Below, one piece after another: positions 28,896 through 38,792 of a stretch of 64,000 nt of DNA. Location: positions 6,240,001 through 6,304,000 of the forward strand of contig OZ244561.1 in NCBI GenBank assembly GCA_965217585.1, written 5' to 3'. The stretch comes from Candidatus Latescibacterota bacterium. GTDB lineage: Bacteria > Latescibacterota > UBA2968 > UBA8231. The position numbers and the translations under genes were made by a program. Under the pieces are notes generated by a model. It had not been told where the DNA came from and did no database searches. It saw nothing but the letters and a program-made list of their open reading frames with translations. Every line of letters starts with the position of its first letter. Within the stretch, counting starts at the first letter, position 1.

Positions 28896-29618
28896 ATGGT
28901 GTACATCATCAATTGGCGCGACGTCCAACCCAACATAGCCCACCTGAGTGCTGTGCATTGGGGTGGGTTGCGCGACCGCGATGGCGATGACGACCCAGAT
29001 CCGCGCCATTGCCTAGAGCGCCTGCAGGGCTTTGCCCGCCACGCGCTACAGGGCCGCAAGAATTCGGATTACCACAAGCACGAAAACCTCGAACAAGTGT
29101 ACTACGTGCTCTCGGGTAGCGGCTATGTGCTCTTTGACAAGGAGCGCTTTCCCGTGCAGGAAGGCGACGCGGTGTACCTGCCGTCGGGCGTCCATCACCA
29201 GATGTTTAACGACGCCAGCGAGGACTGGCTCGAACACCACGTGATCAGCCAAAGAATCGCGGCCAACAGCGGAGAGTTTGCCATCCGCAACTGGCGCGAT
29301 GTGCCGGCGATGGGCGACGGTGCGGGCGCGGTGCGCTGGCATCAGCTAGGCCCGGTCGGCGAGGAGGGAGTGGGCTTTACGCAGGGGCTGCGCTGCATCG
29401 ACCGCGAGGCCGTACAGCCGCGTGGACAGACGGTCGAGCGCTGCAGCGAAGAGCTGGAGCAGGTCTATTACGTGCTGGAAAACAGCGGCGTCTTGGAAGT
29501 CGAGGGCGACGAGCAGGAGATTCGGGAAGGGGATATGATCCACCTGCCACCGGGCACGCGCTACGCGATCCGCAACCCGCACGCCGAGTGGCTTTCCTAT
29601 CTCATCATGGCGGCCTGA
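28896..29618 (+). CDS. Bicupin protein
   Basis: Two repeats of EQVYYVL...EGD..LP; HKHENLEQ metal motif in the first. Confidence 0.82.
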   Translation: MVYIINWRDVQPNIAHLSAVHWGGLRDRDGDDDPDPRHCLERLQGFARHALQGRKNSDYHKHENLEQVYYVLSGSGYVLFDKERFPVQEGDAVYLPSGVHHQMFNDASEDWLEHHVISQRIAANSGEFAIRNWRDVPAMGDGAGAVRWHQLGPVGEEGVGFTQGLRCIDREAVQPRGQTVERCSEELEQVYYVLENSGVLEVEGDEQEIREGDMIHLPPGTRYAIRNPHAEWLSYLIMAA

Positions 29619-29621
29619 GCT

Positions 29622-29846
29622 ATGTCACTAGACCAATTGCACGCCACCCTGCAAGCGCTGATGGCGGCTATCGACAATCGCGAGGGCGAGTCGATTGCCA
29701 CGCATCTGCGGCAGCTCGACGAACTCGGACAGGGGCTGGGTAACGAAGCCCCGCCGATGTTGCGCCACTACTTGGAGAAGCGCAGCTATACCAAGGCCCT
29801 GGACTTTTTGGAAGGGCGTGATGAGGCCGCGGCTCCCAACTGCTAA
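29622..29846 (+). CDS. Small hypothetical protein
   Basis: Fills the operon gap; LRHYLEKRSYTKAL helix motif. Confidence 0.6.
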   Translation: MSLDQLHATLQALMAAIDNREGESIATHLRQLDELGQGLGNEAPPMLRHYLEKRSYTKALDFLEGRDEAAAPNC

Positions 29847-29853
29847 AAGCCCC

Positions 29854-30162
29854 ATGCGCCAGGCGTTCTACGAGACCATCGCCTGCGTGCCCTACGGCAA
29901 GGTCGCCACCTACGGGCAGATCGCGACCCTGGCCGGCTATCCGGGGCGGGCGCGGCAAGTAGGTTTTGCTTTAGCGGGGATGCCCGAGGAATGGGACCTG
30001 CCTTGGCACCGCATCATCAATGCCCAAGGCAAGGTCTCGCCGCGCAGCGGCAGCAAATTTCATCTGTTGCAATACGAGCTTTTGGCCAGCGAGGGCGTTG
30101 TCTTTACAGCGCAACGCATCGACCTGAACCGGTTTGGCTGGCGACCTGAGGCGGAGGATTGA
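29854..30162 (+). CDS. Alkyltransferase-like protein (ATL/YbaZ, MGMT family)
   Basis: VPYGKVATYGQIA, ARQVG, PWHRII (Trp replaces the catalytic Cys). Confidence 0.88.
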   Translation: MRQAFYETIACVPYGKVATYGQIATLAGYPGRARQVGFALAGMPEEWDLPWHRIINAQGKVSPRSGSKFHLLQYELLASEGVVFTAQRIDLNRFGWRPEAED

Positions 30163-31490
30163 AATCTCTCGACCGTCAGATACTCCGACTCGCCGTTCCC
30201 AGTATTCTCACTGCCCTATCTACGCCGCTGATCGGCATCGCCGACACTGCGCTGATCGGCCATTTGCCGGAAGTGGCCTTTATGGGCGCGGTCTCTACGG
30301 CGAGTTTGATCTTCAATGGCATATTTTGGTGCTTGGCCTTTCTGCGCATGGGGACCACGGCGCTGGTGGCCCAGTACAGCGGGGCCGGGGATCGACGCCA
30401 GAGCGCGGGGGTGCTCTACCGCTCGTTGATCGTGGCCGTCTTATTCGGCATGGGGATCGCGGTAGCCGGCGGTTGGATCGGCCGGATTGGGTTCGAGTTG
30501 GCCGGCGGATCTCCCCAAGTCCAGTACTGGGGCATACGCTACTTCGCCATCCGGGTGTGGGAAGCGCCCCTGGCGCTGAGCGTTATGACGCTCAACGGCT
30601 TTTTCCTCGGGACCGCCAATGTCATAGCACCGCTCTGGGTTACGACCGTCGCCAATCTGGTCAACATCGGTGCAGACTACGTGCTTATCTATGGCAAGTT
30701 GGGCGCTCCTAAGCTGGGCGTCGAAGGGGCGGCTTGGGCTTCCGTACTGGGCAATGCGGCGGCGCTGGCCACCGGGGGTTTTTTGTTGCTACGCGGCTAC
30801 CGCTCCTATCTGCGGGAGTGGCCTACAAGGCTTTGGGACCTGCGCGCGATGAAGCGCTTAATGCAGACCAATGCCTTCCTTTTCGGCCGCACCCTATGTC
30901 TGCAATTTGCCGGTTTTTTTACGCTCGGCATGGTCTCGCGGATGGGCGAAGCACCGCTGGCGGCCAACGCCGTGATCTTGCAGGTTTGGGGGCTGACCAG
31001 CTTCGCCGTTGACGGCTTTGCCCACGCCGCCGAGACGCTGGTCGGCCGCTGCTTAGGGGGACACCTTTTTGCCGAGGCCCGGCAGCTCGCTCGGCGGATC
31101 ATCTGCTGGGGCTTGGGTTTGGGAGCGGGGTTTGGTTTGGCTTACTTTGCGGCCTTGGAGCCTATTGCCGCGCTGTTTACCCCGCATCGGGAAGTCGTAG
31201 AACAGGTCGGCGCGCTCTATGTACTCATCGCTCTGCTCCAACCGTTGAACGCCGTGGTCTTTGTCTTTGACGGAATTTTTATTGGCGCTAGCGATATGGG
31301 GTATCTGTTCAAGGCTATGGCGCTGGCCACTTTTGGGGTGTTTGTGCCTTCGGCGTTGGTTTTTATATACTGGTTGGATTGGGAGTTGGCCGGTGCTTGG
31401 ATGGCCTATAGCGGCCTAATGGTCGGCCGCTTTGTTACACTGTGGCCGCGTTATCGCGGCGATGCTTGGTTGCGGAGCTTTGTCGAATAG
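30159..31490 (+). CDS. MATE family efflux transporter (DinF-like)
   Basis: LAVPSIL...PLIGIADTALIGHL, FLRMGTT, multiple TM segments. Confidence 0.92.
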   Translation: MKSLDRQILRLAVPSILTALSTPLIGIADTALIGHLPEVAFMGAVSTASLIFNGIFWCLAFLRMGTTALVAQYSGAGDRRQSAGVLYRSLIVAVLFGMGIAVAGGWIGRIGFELAGGSPQVQYWGIRYFAIRVWEAPLALSVMTLNGFFLGTANVIAPLWVTTVANLVNIGADYVLIYGKLGAPKLGVEGAAWASVLGNAAALATGGFLLLRGYRSYLREWPTRLWDLRAMKRLMQTNAFLFGRTLCLQFAGFFTLGMVSRMGEAPLAANAVILQVWGLTSFAVDGFAHAAETLVGRCLGGHLFAEARQLARRIICWGLGLGAGFGLAYFAALEPIAALFTPHREVVEQVGALYVLIALLQPLNAVVFVFDGIFIGASDMGYLFKAMALATFGVFVPSALVFIYWLDWELAGAWMAYSGLMVGRFVTLWPRYRGDAWLRSFVE

Positions 31491-31497
31491 ACCAACG

Positions 31498-32154
31498 CTG
31501 GAAAGCCAGCCGATGGCCGTTGCGACCGCGGTTGCCCAAAAACCAAAGACACGCCTAGATGTATTGGGCTGAGTACTCGGTGGCTTATGATTTCAGGAGA
31601 GAGATCTATGCCTATTCTGTCCATGTTCTACGGTATAGTGATTCGCATGTATTTTTATGACGATAAACAACACCACAGGCCCCACGTGCATGCCGAATAC
31701 GCCGGCGAGCAGGCGGTGTTCAGTATTGGCGATGGGGAGATGTTAGCTGGCAGTCTGCCCTCTGGGAAAGCTCGATTGGTGCAAGCGTGGATTGAAATAC
31801 ATCGAGAAGAACTAATAGCCAATTGGCAACTGGCTGTGAATGGCGAAGAAGTGTTCAAGATCGAGCCATTAAAGTAGGAGAGTTGAATGTGAATCCCCAT
31901 GTCAAACAGGTGCGTCCTCTAGAAGATTACCAACTGGAGGTGATATTTGAGAACGGCGAGCAGCGGCTATTCAATATGAAACCCTACCTCCAGAAGGGCG
32001 TCTTTGTTCGTCTGCGAAATCGCGCCGTCTTTCGTGCCGCCCGCGTGGTGGCTGGTTCAGTGGAATGGCCCGGCGAGCTAGATCTTAGCTATGACACGCT
32101 CTATCTGGAAAGCCAGCCAATGGCCATTGCGACCGCAGTTGCCCAAGGACCAAA
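31498..32154 (+). repeat. 50-bp imperfect direct repeat (31498-31547 and 32105-32154) bracketing the DUF4160/DUF2442 module
   Basis: ctggaaagccagccgatggccgttgcgaccgcggttgcccaaaaaccaaa vs ctggaaagccagccaatggccattgcgaccgcagttgcccaaggaccaaa (5 mismatches). Confidence 0.85.
31608..31877 (+). CDS. DUF4160 domain protein (putative toxin)
   Basis: MPILSMFYGIVIRMY...H..PHVHA, WIEIHREELIANW, KIEPL. Confidence 0.88.
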   Translation: MPILSMFYGIVIRMYFYDDKQHHRPHVHAEYAGEQAVFSIGDGEMLAGSLPSGKARLVQAWIEIHREELIANWQLAVNGEEVFKIEPLK

Positions 32155-32161
32155 CGATTAG
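31889..32161 (+). CDS. DUF2442 domain protein (putative antitoxin)
   Basis: GTG start after AGGAG; VRPLEDYQLEVIFENGE, SVEWPGELDLSYDTLY. Confidence 0.85.
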   Translation: MNPHVKQVRPLEDYQLEVIFENGEQRLFNMKPYLQKGVFVRLRNRAVFRAARVVAGSVEWPGELDLSYDTLYLESQPMAIATAVAQGPND

Positions 32162-32180
32162 TTTGGAATAGGAGGAGACT

Positions 32181-32552
32181 ATGCCCTTTATCAACCCCGC
32201 AGAACTTGCGGCCGTGGAACTTTTCCCCCAAATCAACAGCGGCTTGGTGGCCGGCGAGCGGCTGATGCTTTCGTTTTTGGATATGGAAGAAGGCTGCGAA
32301 GTGCCCGAACACAGCCACCCGCACGAGCAGGCCGGCTTGGTGCTGGCCGGGCGCTTCCGCTTTCGCATTGGGGCAGAGGAGCGCGTCACCGGCCCGGGCG
32401 ATGCCTTCTTGATTCCGCCGAACGTGGTCCATTGGGGGATCGTCGAAGAAGGGCCGGCTAAAATCCTCGACATCTTCAGTCCGCCGCGCGAGGATTACAT
32501 GGAGCAATACAACAAATACGCCCAAACCTCGGCTAAAACCGTCTGGGCTTAG
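32181..32552 (+). CDS. Cupin domain protein (KdgF-like)
   Basis: PEHSHPHEQAG, IPPNVVH, DIFSPPREDY. Confidence 0.85.
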   Translation: MPFINPAELAAVELFPQINSGLVAGERLMLSFLDMEEGCEVPEHSHPHEQAGLVLAGRFRFRIGAEERVTGPGDAFLIPPNVVHWGIVEEGPAKILDIFSPPREDYMEQYNKYAQTSAKTVWA

Positions 32553-32568
32553 GGATTAGGAGTACGCC

Positions 32569-33498
32569 ATGAGAGCATTAGAAAAAGAACATTGCCACAA
32601 TGTGTTGGTCGTAGCGATCGCGCCCCGCGATGCAGAGCGGAACATCGATTTGGAGGGCATTGGCCGCAACGCGCGCTATCTGTGCGAGCGCGGCGTGGAT
32701 TTCATCATGCCCGCCTGCGGCACGGGCTTGGCATACGATGTGACCTTGGCCGAGTACGAGGCCATCGTCGGGACGTTTATGGATGCTGCGGCCGAGGCGG
32801 CGTTGGTGGTGCCGGGGATTGGGCCGGGGTATGGCCGCGCCTTGGAAATGGGGCAGATCGCGCGCTCGTTGGGCGTCGCCGGGGTGATGATTATGCCGAT
32901 CGTCGGCCCCGCATCGGCCAATGGGACGGCGGCCGGATTGCGCAGTATTGCCGAAAAGACCCAATTGCCCACCATATTGTACCAGCGCCGCCTCGACATC
33001 ATGCCGGTGGAACAGGTGGTCGCGCTCTGTCGGCTGGACGAGGTGGTGGGGCTTAAGTACTCGGTTGACGATTTGGAGACTTTCCGGCGCATCGAGGCCG
33101 AGGCTGGAGACGAGGCGGCTATGGTCTGCGGCATGGCCGAAGATCCCTGCATCGACTATATGGCGGCTGGGGCCGTCGGGTTTAGCTCGGGGATGGCCAA
33201 CTTCGTCCCCGGCATGAGCCGTGCGCTCCTAGAGCGCTTTGCGGCCGGAGATCGCGTTGGGGCTGAGGCCATTCGGCAGCAGATGGTGCCTTTTGAGGAT
33301 CTGCGCGGCGAGTGTGCAGCGCGCTACAGCACCTCGGCACTGCACGCGGCTATGGAGCGGGTCGGGCTGGCCGGAGGGCCGGTGGTGCCTTTTGCCGAGG
33401 ATGTGGCCGCTGAGGACCTGCCGAGGTTGCACGCGCTCGTCGATAAGCTGGCCGAGTCGGAGCGACAAATGCAAATGCAAATGAAAGAGGTCGTATGA
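32569..33498 (+). CDS. DHDPS/NAL family lyase (5-dehydro-4-deoxyglucarate dehydratase-like)
   Basis: CGTG, ILYQR, GLKY Schiff-base Lys, GFSSGMANFVP. Confidence 0.82.
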   Translation: MRALEKEHCHNVLVVAIAPRDAERNIDLEGIGRNARYLCERGVDFIMPACGTGLAYDVTLAEYEAIVGTFMDAAAEAALVVPGIGPGYGRALEMGQIARSLGVAGVMIMPIVGPASANGTAAGLRSIAEKTQLPTILYQRRLDIMPVEQVVALCRLDEVVGLKYSVDDLETFRRIEAEAGDEAAMVCGMAEDPCIDYMAAGAVGFSSGMANFVPGMSRALLERFAAGDRVGAEAIRQQMVPFEDLRGECAARYSTSALHAAMERVGLAGGPVVPFAEDVAAEDLPRLHALVDKLAESERQMQMQMKEVV

Positions 33499-34601
33499 AT
33501 CAACATGCACTGCGCGTAGGGCTGGTGGGCACAGGCGGCGTCTGTGCGGGGGTACACTATCCAGGGCTGAGGCTGATTCCCGGGGTCGAGATCGCTGGGA
33601 TCTGCGAGCCAAACGAGACGCTGCGGCAAAAGCGGCAAGCGGAATGGGGCATTGCGGCCGCTTTTGAGCGGCTGGACGCGCTCTTAGACGCGGTGGCCCC
33701 GGATGCGGTCTGCATCGCCGTGCCCAACGTCTATCACTACGAACTGATCGTCCAAGTCTTAGACGCCGGCTGCCACGTGCTGTGCGAGAAGCCCTTGGGC
33801 ATGGACTTTGCCCAAACTCGGGAAATCTACGCCCGGGGCAAGGCGTCGGGGCATCGCCACATGACGGCGTTTACCTATCGCTTTGTACCGGCGATGAACT
33901 ACATCCGCCACTTGGTGCAGACCGGGGCCTTGGGGCCGATTCGCCACGCCCGTTTCCAGCGCCTGCAAGACTGGGGAGAGCGCGCCATTGGCTGGCGGCA
34001 ATACAAAAGCCAAGCAGGTTCGGGCGAGTTGGGCGATATGGGCATTCACCGCCTTGATTTTGCCGAGGATCTGCTGGGGCCGATAGAGGCTGTGTGCAGC
34101 GCGGCCAAGCAGTTGGTGCCGCGAGATCGGACCGGCGAGGGCCAGCCGTGCCCACCGCAGGACGTGGAAGATTGGATCGCGTGGATTGCCGAGTTTGCAA
34201 GCGGCACCACAGGCGTCTTTGAGATGGGTAAGTTGAGCAAGGGCTACGGCCCGAAGGGCGACCACGACTTGGCCGAACTCAACGGGGAGGAGGCCTCGGT
34301 CGTCTATCGTCTGCACGAGCCGCACGAAGTGCTCTTCTCGCCCCGCGGCGAGCCCTATCAGAGCCGGCCCGTGCCCGCCGAGTTCCTCAAGCGCCCTAAT
34401 GCGCCGCGCGACCCGTCCGTCGGCGATCCCGTACAGACCTTCCGCTACGACCAAGCTTGGGAATTCGTCAGTGCTATCCGCGAGGGGCGCGATTGCGTGC
34501 CCTCGTTTTATCACGGGATGCGGGCGCAAGCCGTTGCCGACTCCATCCTCCAGGCCGCGGCCGAGCGGCGGTGGGTTGATATTCCCGATTGTCCGGCTTA
34601 G
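33495..34601 (+). CDS. Gfo/Idh/MocA family oxidoreductase
   Basis: VGLVGTG, HVLCEKP, GELGDMGIHRLD. Confidence 0.92.
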   Translation: MNQHALRVGLVGTGGVCAGVHYPGLRLIPGVEIAGICEPNETLRQKRQAEWGIAAAFERLDALLDAVAPDAVCIAVPNVYHYELIVQVLDAGCHVLCEKPLGMDFAQTREIYARGKASGHRHMTAFTYRFVPAMNYIRHLVQTGALGPIRHARFQRLQDWGERAIGWRQYKSQAGSGELGDMGIHRLDFAEDLLGPIEAVCSAAKQLVPRDRTGEGQPCPPQDVEDWIAWIAEFASGTTGVFEMGKLSKGYGPKGDHDLAELNGEEASVVYRLHEPHEVLFSPRGEPYQSRPVPAEFLKRPNAPRDPSVGDPVQTFRYDQAWEFVSAIREGRDCVPSFYHGMRAQAVADSILQAAAERRWVDIPDCPA

Positions 34602-34612
34602 GAGGGACGGTG

Positions 34613-35410
34613 ATGACGAGCGAAAGTCCCAACACGGCGTATGTGCGGGATGGGTTTTACATCCACGACGCAGCCGTATGGCCTTTAGAGGCCGTCGAGC
34701 GGGCTGTAGAGGGCATGGATGCGGTGCGGCGGGGCGAGTACGATACCGGAGTGTCGCCCCGGCCCTCGGCTTGGCAGCCAGGCGACGACCCGCAGCGGTT
34801 GTGCAAAATTGAAAAGCCCCAGATCGCCAATCGGGCTATTATGGACCTGATCAAACATCCGGCCCTCGGGGCGTTGGCTGCTGAAGTCTGTGCGGCCGAG
34901 TGGGTCCAAGTTTGGTGGGTACAGTTGTTGTACAAGCCTCCGGTCGCTGGCGCAGAATCTAGCGGAACCCACGTGGGATGGCATCAGGACCGCAACTACT
35001 GGGGGGCTTGGGAAGAGGGCAGCGAGCTGTTTACGGCTTGGATCGCCTTGAGCGAGGTCGGCCCGACGACCGGGCCGATGCGCTTTGTGCGCGGCTCGCA
35101 TCAGTGGGGATTGCTGCCGGGCAGCGACTTCTTCGGCCAAGAGCTAGCCGAGCAGAAGCGAGAACTGGCCGCGTTGACTAGCGACGAGTGGGTAGAAGTG
35201 GCGGAGACCCTGCCCCAAGGAGGCGTGAGCTTTCACCACTGCTTGACGCTACACGGTAGTGGCCCCAATTATTCTGCGGGCCCGCGGCGGAGCTTGGCCG
35301 TTCACAGGCGCACTGAGCGGTCCCGCCCAGTGGACGGTAAGCGGGAGGGGCTGACGGCCTTTATCGACGACCCGACGCATTGCCCGGTAGTGTTCAGGCT
35401 CAATTCCTAA
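34613..35410 (+). CDS. Phytanoyl-CoA dioxygenase (PhyH) family Fe/2OG enzyme
   Basis: WHQD, TAWIAL, GPMRFVRGSH, HGSGPN..GPRR. Confidence 0.9.
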   Translation: MTSESPNTAYVRDGFYIHDAAVWPLEAVERAVEGMDAVRRGEYDTGVSPRPSAWQPGDDPQRLCKIEKPQIANRAIMDLIKHPALGALAAEVCAAEWVQVWWVQLLYKPPVAGAESSGTHVGWHQDRNYWGAWEEGSELFTAWIALSEVGPTTGPMRFVRGSHQWGLLPGSDFFGQELAEQKRELAALTSDEWVEVAETLPQGGVSFHHCLTLHGSGPNYSAGPRRSLAVHRRTERSRPVDGKREGLTAFIDDPTHCPVVFRLNS

Positions 35411-36921
35411 TTCCAATTTTTGCGGACGGCGACCAGCGTTAGCGCGAGGGCACAGAGCAGGAGCGGCCAGTCCCCGTAGCGAGTGTAGATCGTCTGTCCT
35501 TGGTGCAGGGGCACATCTATTGCAAAGGTCTCAGTGGCAAAAAGCGGCGTGCGATAGGCAATGCGCCCACTCGGTTCGATTAAGCCGGAAATGCCGGTAT
35601 TGGCGGCGCGGACTACGGCGCGCCCGCTTTCTACGGCCCGCAGGACGGCCTGTGCAAAGTGCTGGTGCGGGGCCGCGGTGGTGCCAAACCAAGCGTCGTT
35701 GGTGGTGTTGACCAGAAAGTCCGGGTCTTGGGCCATCAGCGCGCGGGTGATTTCCGGAAAGATGGACTCGTAGCAAATAAAAACCCCGAATGAGGTATCG
35801 CTGCGCGGAAGCCGCAGCGCTTTGTGCCTTGCTCCGTGGGCGAAGATACCGCTTTCTGCTGTAAGCCCCCCCAAATACTGAAAGATGCCTGGAAAGGGCA
35901 GAAACTCGCCAAAAGGCACCAAGTGCACCTTGTCGGCGTAATCCACTACTTCCCCTTGAGCATTGAGGAGGAAGGCCCGGTTATAGACCGGAGCAGTGCG
36001 GTTTTGCGAATCGCCCTTGAGGCTGCCCACCAACATGGTCGTATCTAGCTCTGGGGCTAGGGCCATTATCGAATCGACATAGGTCGCGTACAAGGGGTCG
36101 CCGAAATAGAGCGGCAGGGCCGTCTCTGGGTAGATGATCAGCGCTGGTTTTTCCGCGGCCGCCAAGTCCCGGGTGAGTGCGGCGTAGTGCCGAGCCGTCC
36201 AGGCCAGCCGGTTTTCCTTCCACTTGCGGTCTTGGGGGATATTGCCTTGAACGATGCCGACCTTGAGGGTGGAGGGTGGCGAATCCGGCATGTCGTGCAG
36301 CCGATAGAAGCCCCATAGATGAACGGCGACCAGCAAGAAAAGAGGCAGGCTCAGATAGGAGATGAAAGCACGGTGCGAGAGGGCTTGGGCCAACGCGGCG
36401 TTGAATAGGACGATCAGGAAACTCAGGCCATAGACGCCGGTTATGGCAGCCCACTGCAGGAGGGGTAGGTTGAGGTACTGCGAATAGCCCAGTAGCTGCC
36501 AGGGGAAGCCGCTCAACATCCAGTTTTGTACCCACTCTAAAAGGACCCAGACGCCGGCTGCCGACCAAGCAAAGAGCGGGGAGGAAAAGTTTAGGCGGCG
36601 ACACACCACGACAAAACAGGCCAGATACAAGGCCATGTATATAATGAGCAGTCCATTAGTCGCCACGGCGGTCGTCAAGGAGAGGGCGCCGTACAATTGT
36701 AGGGTTTCGGTGATCCAGTAGGTGCGTCCGGTAGCCCAAGCGAGGCCGGCGACCAGCCCGAGGGCGAAGTGGCTTTGGGCTGGCAGCCAGTGCCGAGCCA
36801 AAAAGAGCGGCAGTAGGCAAATCCAAGCGAGGTAATACTGATCAGATTTGGGGATGCTAACTACGAAGAGCAGGCCCGAGAGTAGGGCCGGGGCCAGCAG
36901 GGGAAAGAGCCGCTGCTGCAA
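35407..36921 (-). CDS. lnt: Apolipoprotein N-acyltransferase
   Basis: GFPW..LGYSQ, VQGNI, YPETA, KVHLVPFGE, ICYESIFP, TNDAWFG, RAVE..R.VVRAANTGIS. Confidence 0.95.
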   Translation of the reverse strand: MQQRLFPLLAPALLSGLLFVVSIPKSDQYYLAWICLLPLFLARHWLPAQSHFALGLVAGLAWATGRTYWITETLQLYGALSLTTAVATNGLLIIYMALYLACFVVVCRRLNFSSPLFAWSAAGVWVLLEWVQNWMLSGFPWQLLGYSQYLNLPLLQWAAITGVYGLSFLIVLFNAALAQALSHRAFISYLSLPLFLLVAVHLWGFYRLHDMPDSPPSTLKVGIVQGNIPQDRKWKENRLAWTARHYAALTRDLAAAEKPALIIYPETALPLYFGDPLYATYVDSIMALAPELDTTMLVGSLKGDSQNRTAPVYNRAFLLNAQGEVVDYADKVHLVPFGEFLPFPGIFQYLGGLTAESGIFAHGARHKALRLPRSDTSFGVFICYESIFPEITRALMAQDPDFLVNTTNDAWFGTTAAPHQHFAQAVLRAVESGRAVVRAANTGISGLIEPSGRIAYRTPLFATETFAIDVPLHQGQTIYTRYGDWPLLLCALALTLVAVRKNWN

Positions 36922-36922
36922 T

Positions 36923-37249
36923 TCAGACGCCTCGGTGCCAATCCTCGAGCCCTTGGCGCAATTTTTTTAAGCCACTCTGCTCAAGCGCAGCCATCGCGTT
37001 GCGAGAAAGGCCCAAACGCGCCGCGACTTGGCCGGGCGATTTCTTGTACTGATAGCGGAGTTGAATAACGCGCATCTCGTCGTCGGAGAGGCCTTGGAGA
37101 GCGCGGTGGACGAGCTGGCGCAGTTCTTGGGCTTCGAGACGAGCTTGGGCATCTTCAGCGACGAGCAAGGATACGAAGCGCTCGTCGAGGCGGATGCGCT
37201 CGACCGGGGCGGTGGTGGGATTGTCGGGAACCTTATTGTAGATAGGCAT
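36923..37249 (-). CDS. Stand-alone sigma-70 region 4 HTH protein
   Basis: ALQGLSDDEMRVIQLRY...GQVAARLGLSRNA...LKKLR; only 108 aa, no region 2. Confidence 0.7.
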   Translation of the reverse strand: MPIYNKVPDNPTTAPVERIRLDERFVSLLVAEDAQARLEAQELRQLVHRALQGLSDDEMRVIQLRYQYKKSPGQVAARLGLSRNAMAALEQSGLKKLRQGLEDWHRGV

Positions 37250-37284
37250 AAAATAAAAATCAGGGAGCCGCGAACGACTCCCTG
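37250..37284 (-). terminator. Terminator-like hairpin after tRNA
   Basis: CAGGGAG/CTCCCTG stem followed by TTTTATTTT on the - strand. Confidence 0.7.
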
Positions 37285-37290
37285 AAAAGG

Positions 37291-37367
<77 letters not shown>

Positions 37368-37425
37368 ACAAGCTACAAGCTATAGGTAATTAATCTAAAG
37401 GATGGGGCAGGCAGACGCAACCCTC

Positions 37426-38754
37426 TCAATTGCCGGCGGAGGTCAAGCGCCGGAGTTTAACTTGGGCGATGCGCTGGCCCTCGACTTTGAGGATGTCGAG
37501 CTCTAGATGATCAACCTTGAAGACTAGACCCTCCGCGGGGATGCTCCCCAAGTGGTCGTAGATAAATCCCCCGAGGGTTTCAAAGCCCGACCTCGGCAGA
37601 TCGATGGAAAGCAACTCGTTGAGATCGTCTATGTCGATACGGGCATTGGCGATGAGTACCTCGCCGGGGACCTGCCAGTGGTGCAATTCCTCTTCCTCGT
37701 CGTACTCGTCTTGGATCTCCCCGACGATTTCCTCGACGAGGTCCTCGGTGGTGACCAAGCCAGCCGTGCCGCCGTATTCGTCGAGGACGATGGCGAGGCG
37801 AATTCTGTTGGCTCTCAAGTCGTTGAGCAGGACGTCGATTTTCTTGGTCTCGGGAATGTAATAAGGCTCGTGGGTAAAACGCAGATCGCCCTCTTGCTGA
37901 CTGGTCAGTAGTTGGTCTATGGGCGTCGCCAAATTAACTTCGGGCCGGGCCACCAAGATCTGCAGCAAATCCTTGGCGTACACTAGCCCTTGGATGTGGT
38001 CGAGGCTTTCCCGGTAGATGGGTAGGCGCGAGTGTCCCTTGTCCCTAATGAGATCGAGCAAGTCTTGCAGGGAAGCCGATTGGTCGATAGCGATCATGTC
38101 GACGCGGGGGACCATGACTTCGCGGACGATGCGGTCGTGGAAGCCAAAGACGCTCTCAATCATCTCGCGCTCGCTTTCCTCTAGCACGCCGGATTCGCCT
38201 TCTGACTCGACGATGCTACGCAGTTCCTCTTCCTTTTCAGCGCGAAAGTCCTCGTCGCTGTAATCAAAGCTGCCGAGGAGTTCGAGGAGGTTGGTCAAGG
38301 GGAGGAGCAGCGCGTGTACCGGCACATAGGCCAAGGCGACGACGGGTATGTGCGCTTCGTCGCCCTCTTCGTCAAAGCGAATGCGGCGGGGCGTTGCCAC
38401 GATCATGAAAAGCCCTAGCGCACCCAATAAGGCCACTGCCGCCGTGAAATAGTACGTGCGGAGATACGGCAATAGGAGGGCTTCTGCGAGAAAAAACAGG
38501 GCGAGGGCGAGGACGGTGACACCGATGGCCTCGCCGAGGCGGGTCATCAGGCGCAGGCGCAAGCGCGGCTCGTAGATGCGGAGCATGGCGCGCCCATGTG
38601 ATACGCCGCTTTCGGCCATCTTCTCCAGCACGGATTTGGAGAGAATGGTGAAGGTAGTCTCATAGCTAGCTACTAAGAAGAGCCAGACGAGGCTGATCGA
38701 GCCGACCAGCACGGCGCATGCGACGGAGGATAAGTCGACTTGCGGGGGTTCCAA
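37426..38754 (-). CDS. CNNM/CorC/TlyC family protein (membrane domain + CBS pair + CorC_HlyC)
   Basis: VREVMVPRVDM, HSRLP, VLDEYGGTAGLVTTEDLVEEIVGEIQDEYD. Confidence 0.92.
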   Translation of the reverse strand: MEPPQVDLSSVACAVLVGSISLVWLFLVASYETTFTILSKSVLEKMAESGVSHGRAMLRIYEPRLRLRLMTRLGEAIGVTVLALALFFLAEALLLPYLRTYYFTAAVALLGALGLFMIVATPRRIRFDEEGDEAHIPVVALAYVPVHALLLPLTNLLELLGSFDYSDEDFRAEKEEELRSIVESEGESGVLEESEREMIESVFGFHDRIVREVMVPRVDMIAIDQSASLQDLLDLIRDKGHSRLPIYRESLDHIQGLVYAKDLLQILVARPEVNLATPIDQLLTSQQEGDLRFTHEPYYIPETKKIDVLLNDLRANRIRLAIVLDEYGGTAGLVTTEDLVEEIVGEIQDEYDEEEELHHWQVPGEVLIANARIDIDDLNELLSIDLPRSGFETLGGFIYDHLGSIPAEGLVFKVDHLELDILKVEGQRIAQVKLRRLTSAGN

Positions 38755-38792
38755 AAAGGCTCCTTTCGGGTAACGCGGCCGGCCAAAGCCGC

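Noticed and set aside
29854-30162. Inactivated ogt (Cys to Trp)
   Set aside because: PWHR is the normal signature of the ATL family, not a lesion
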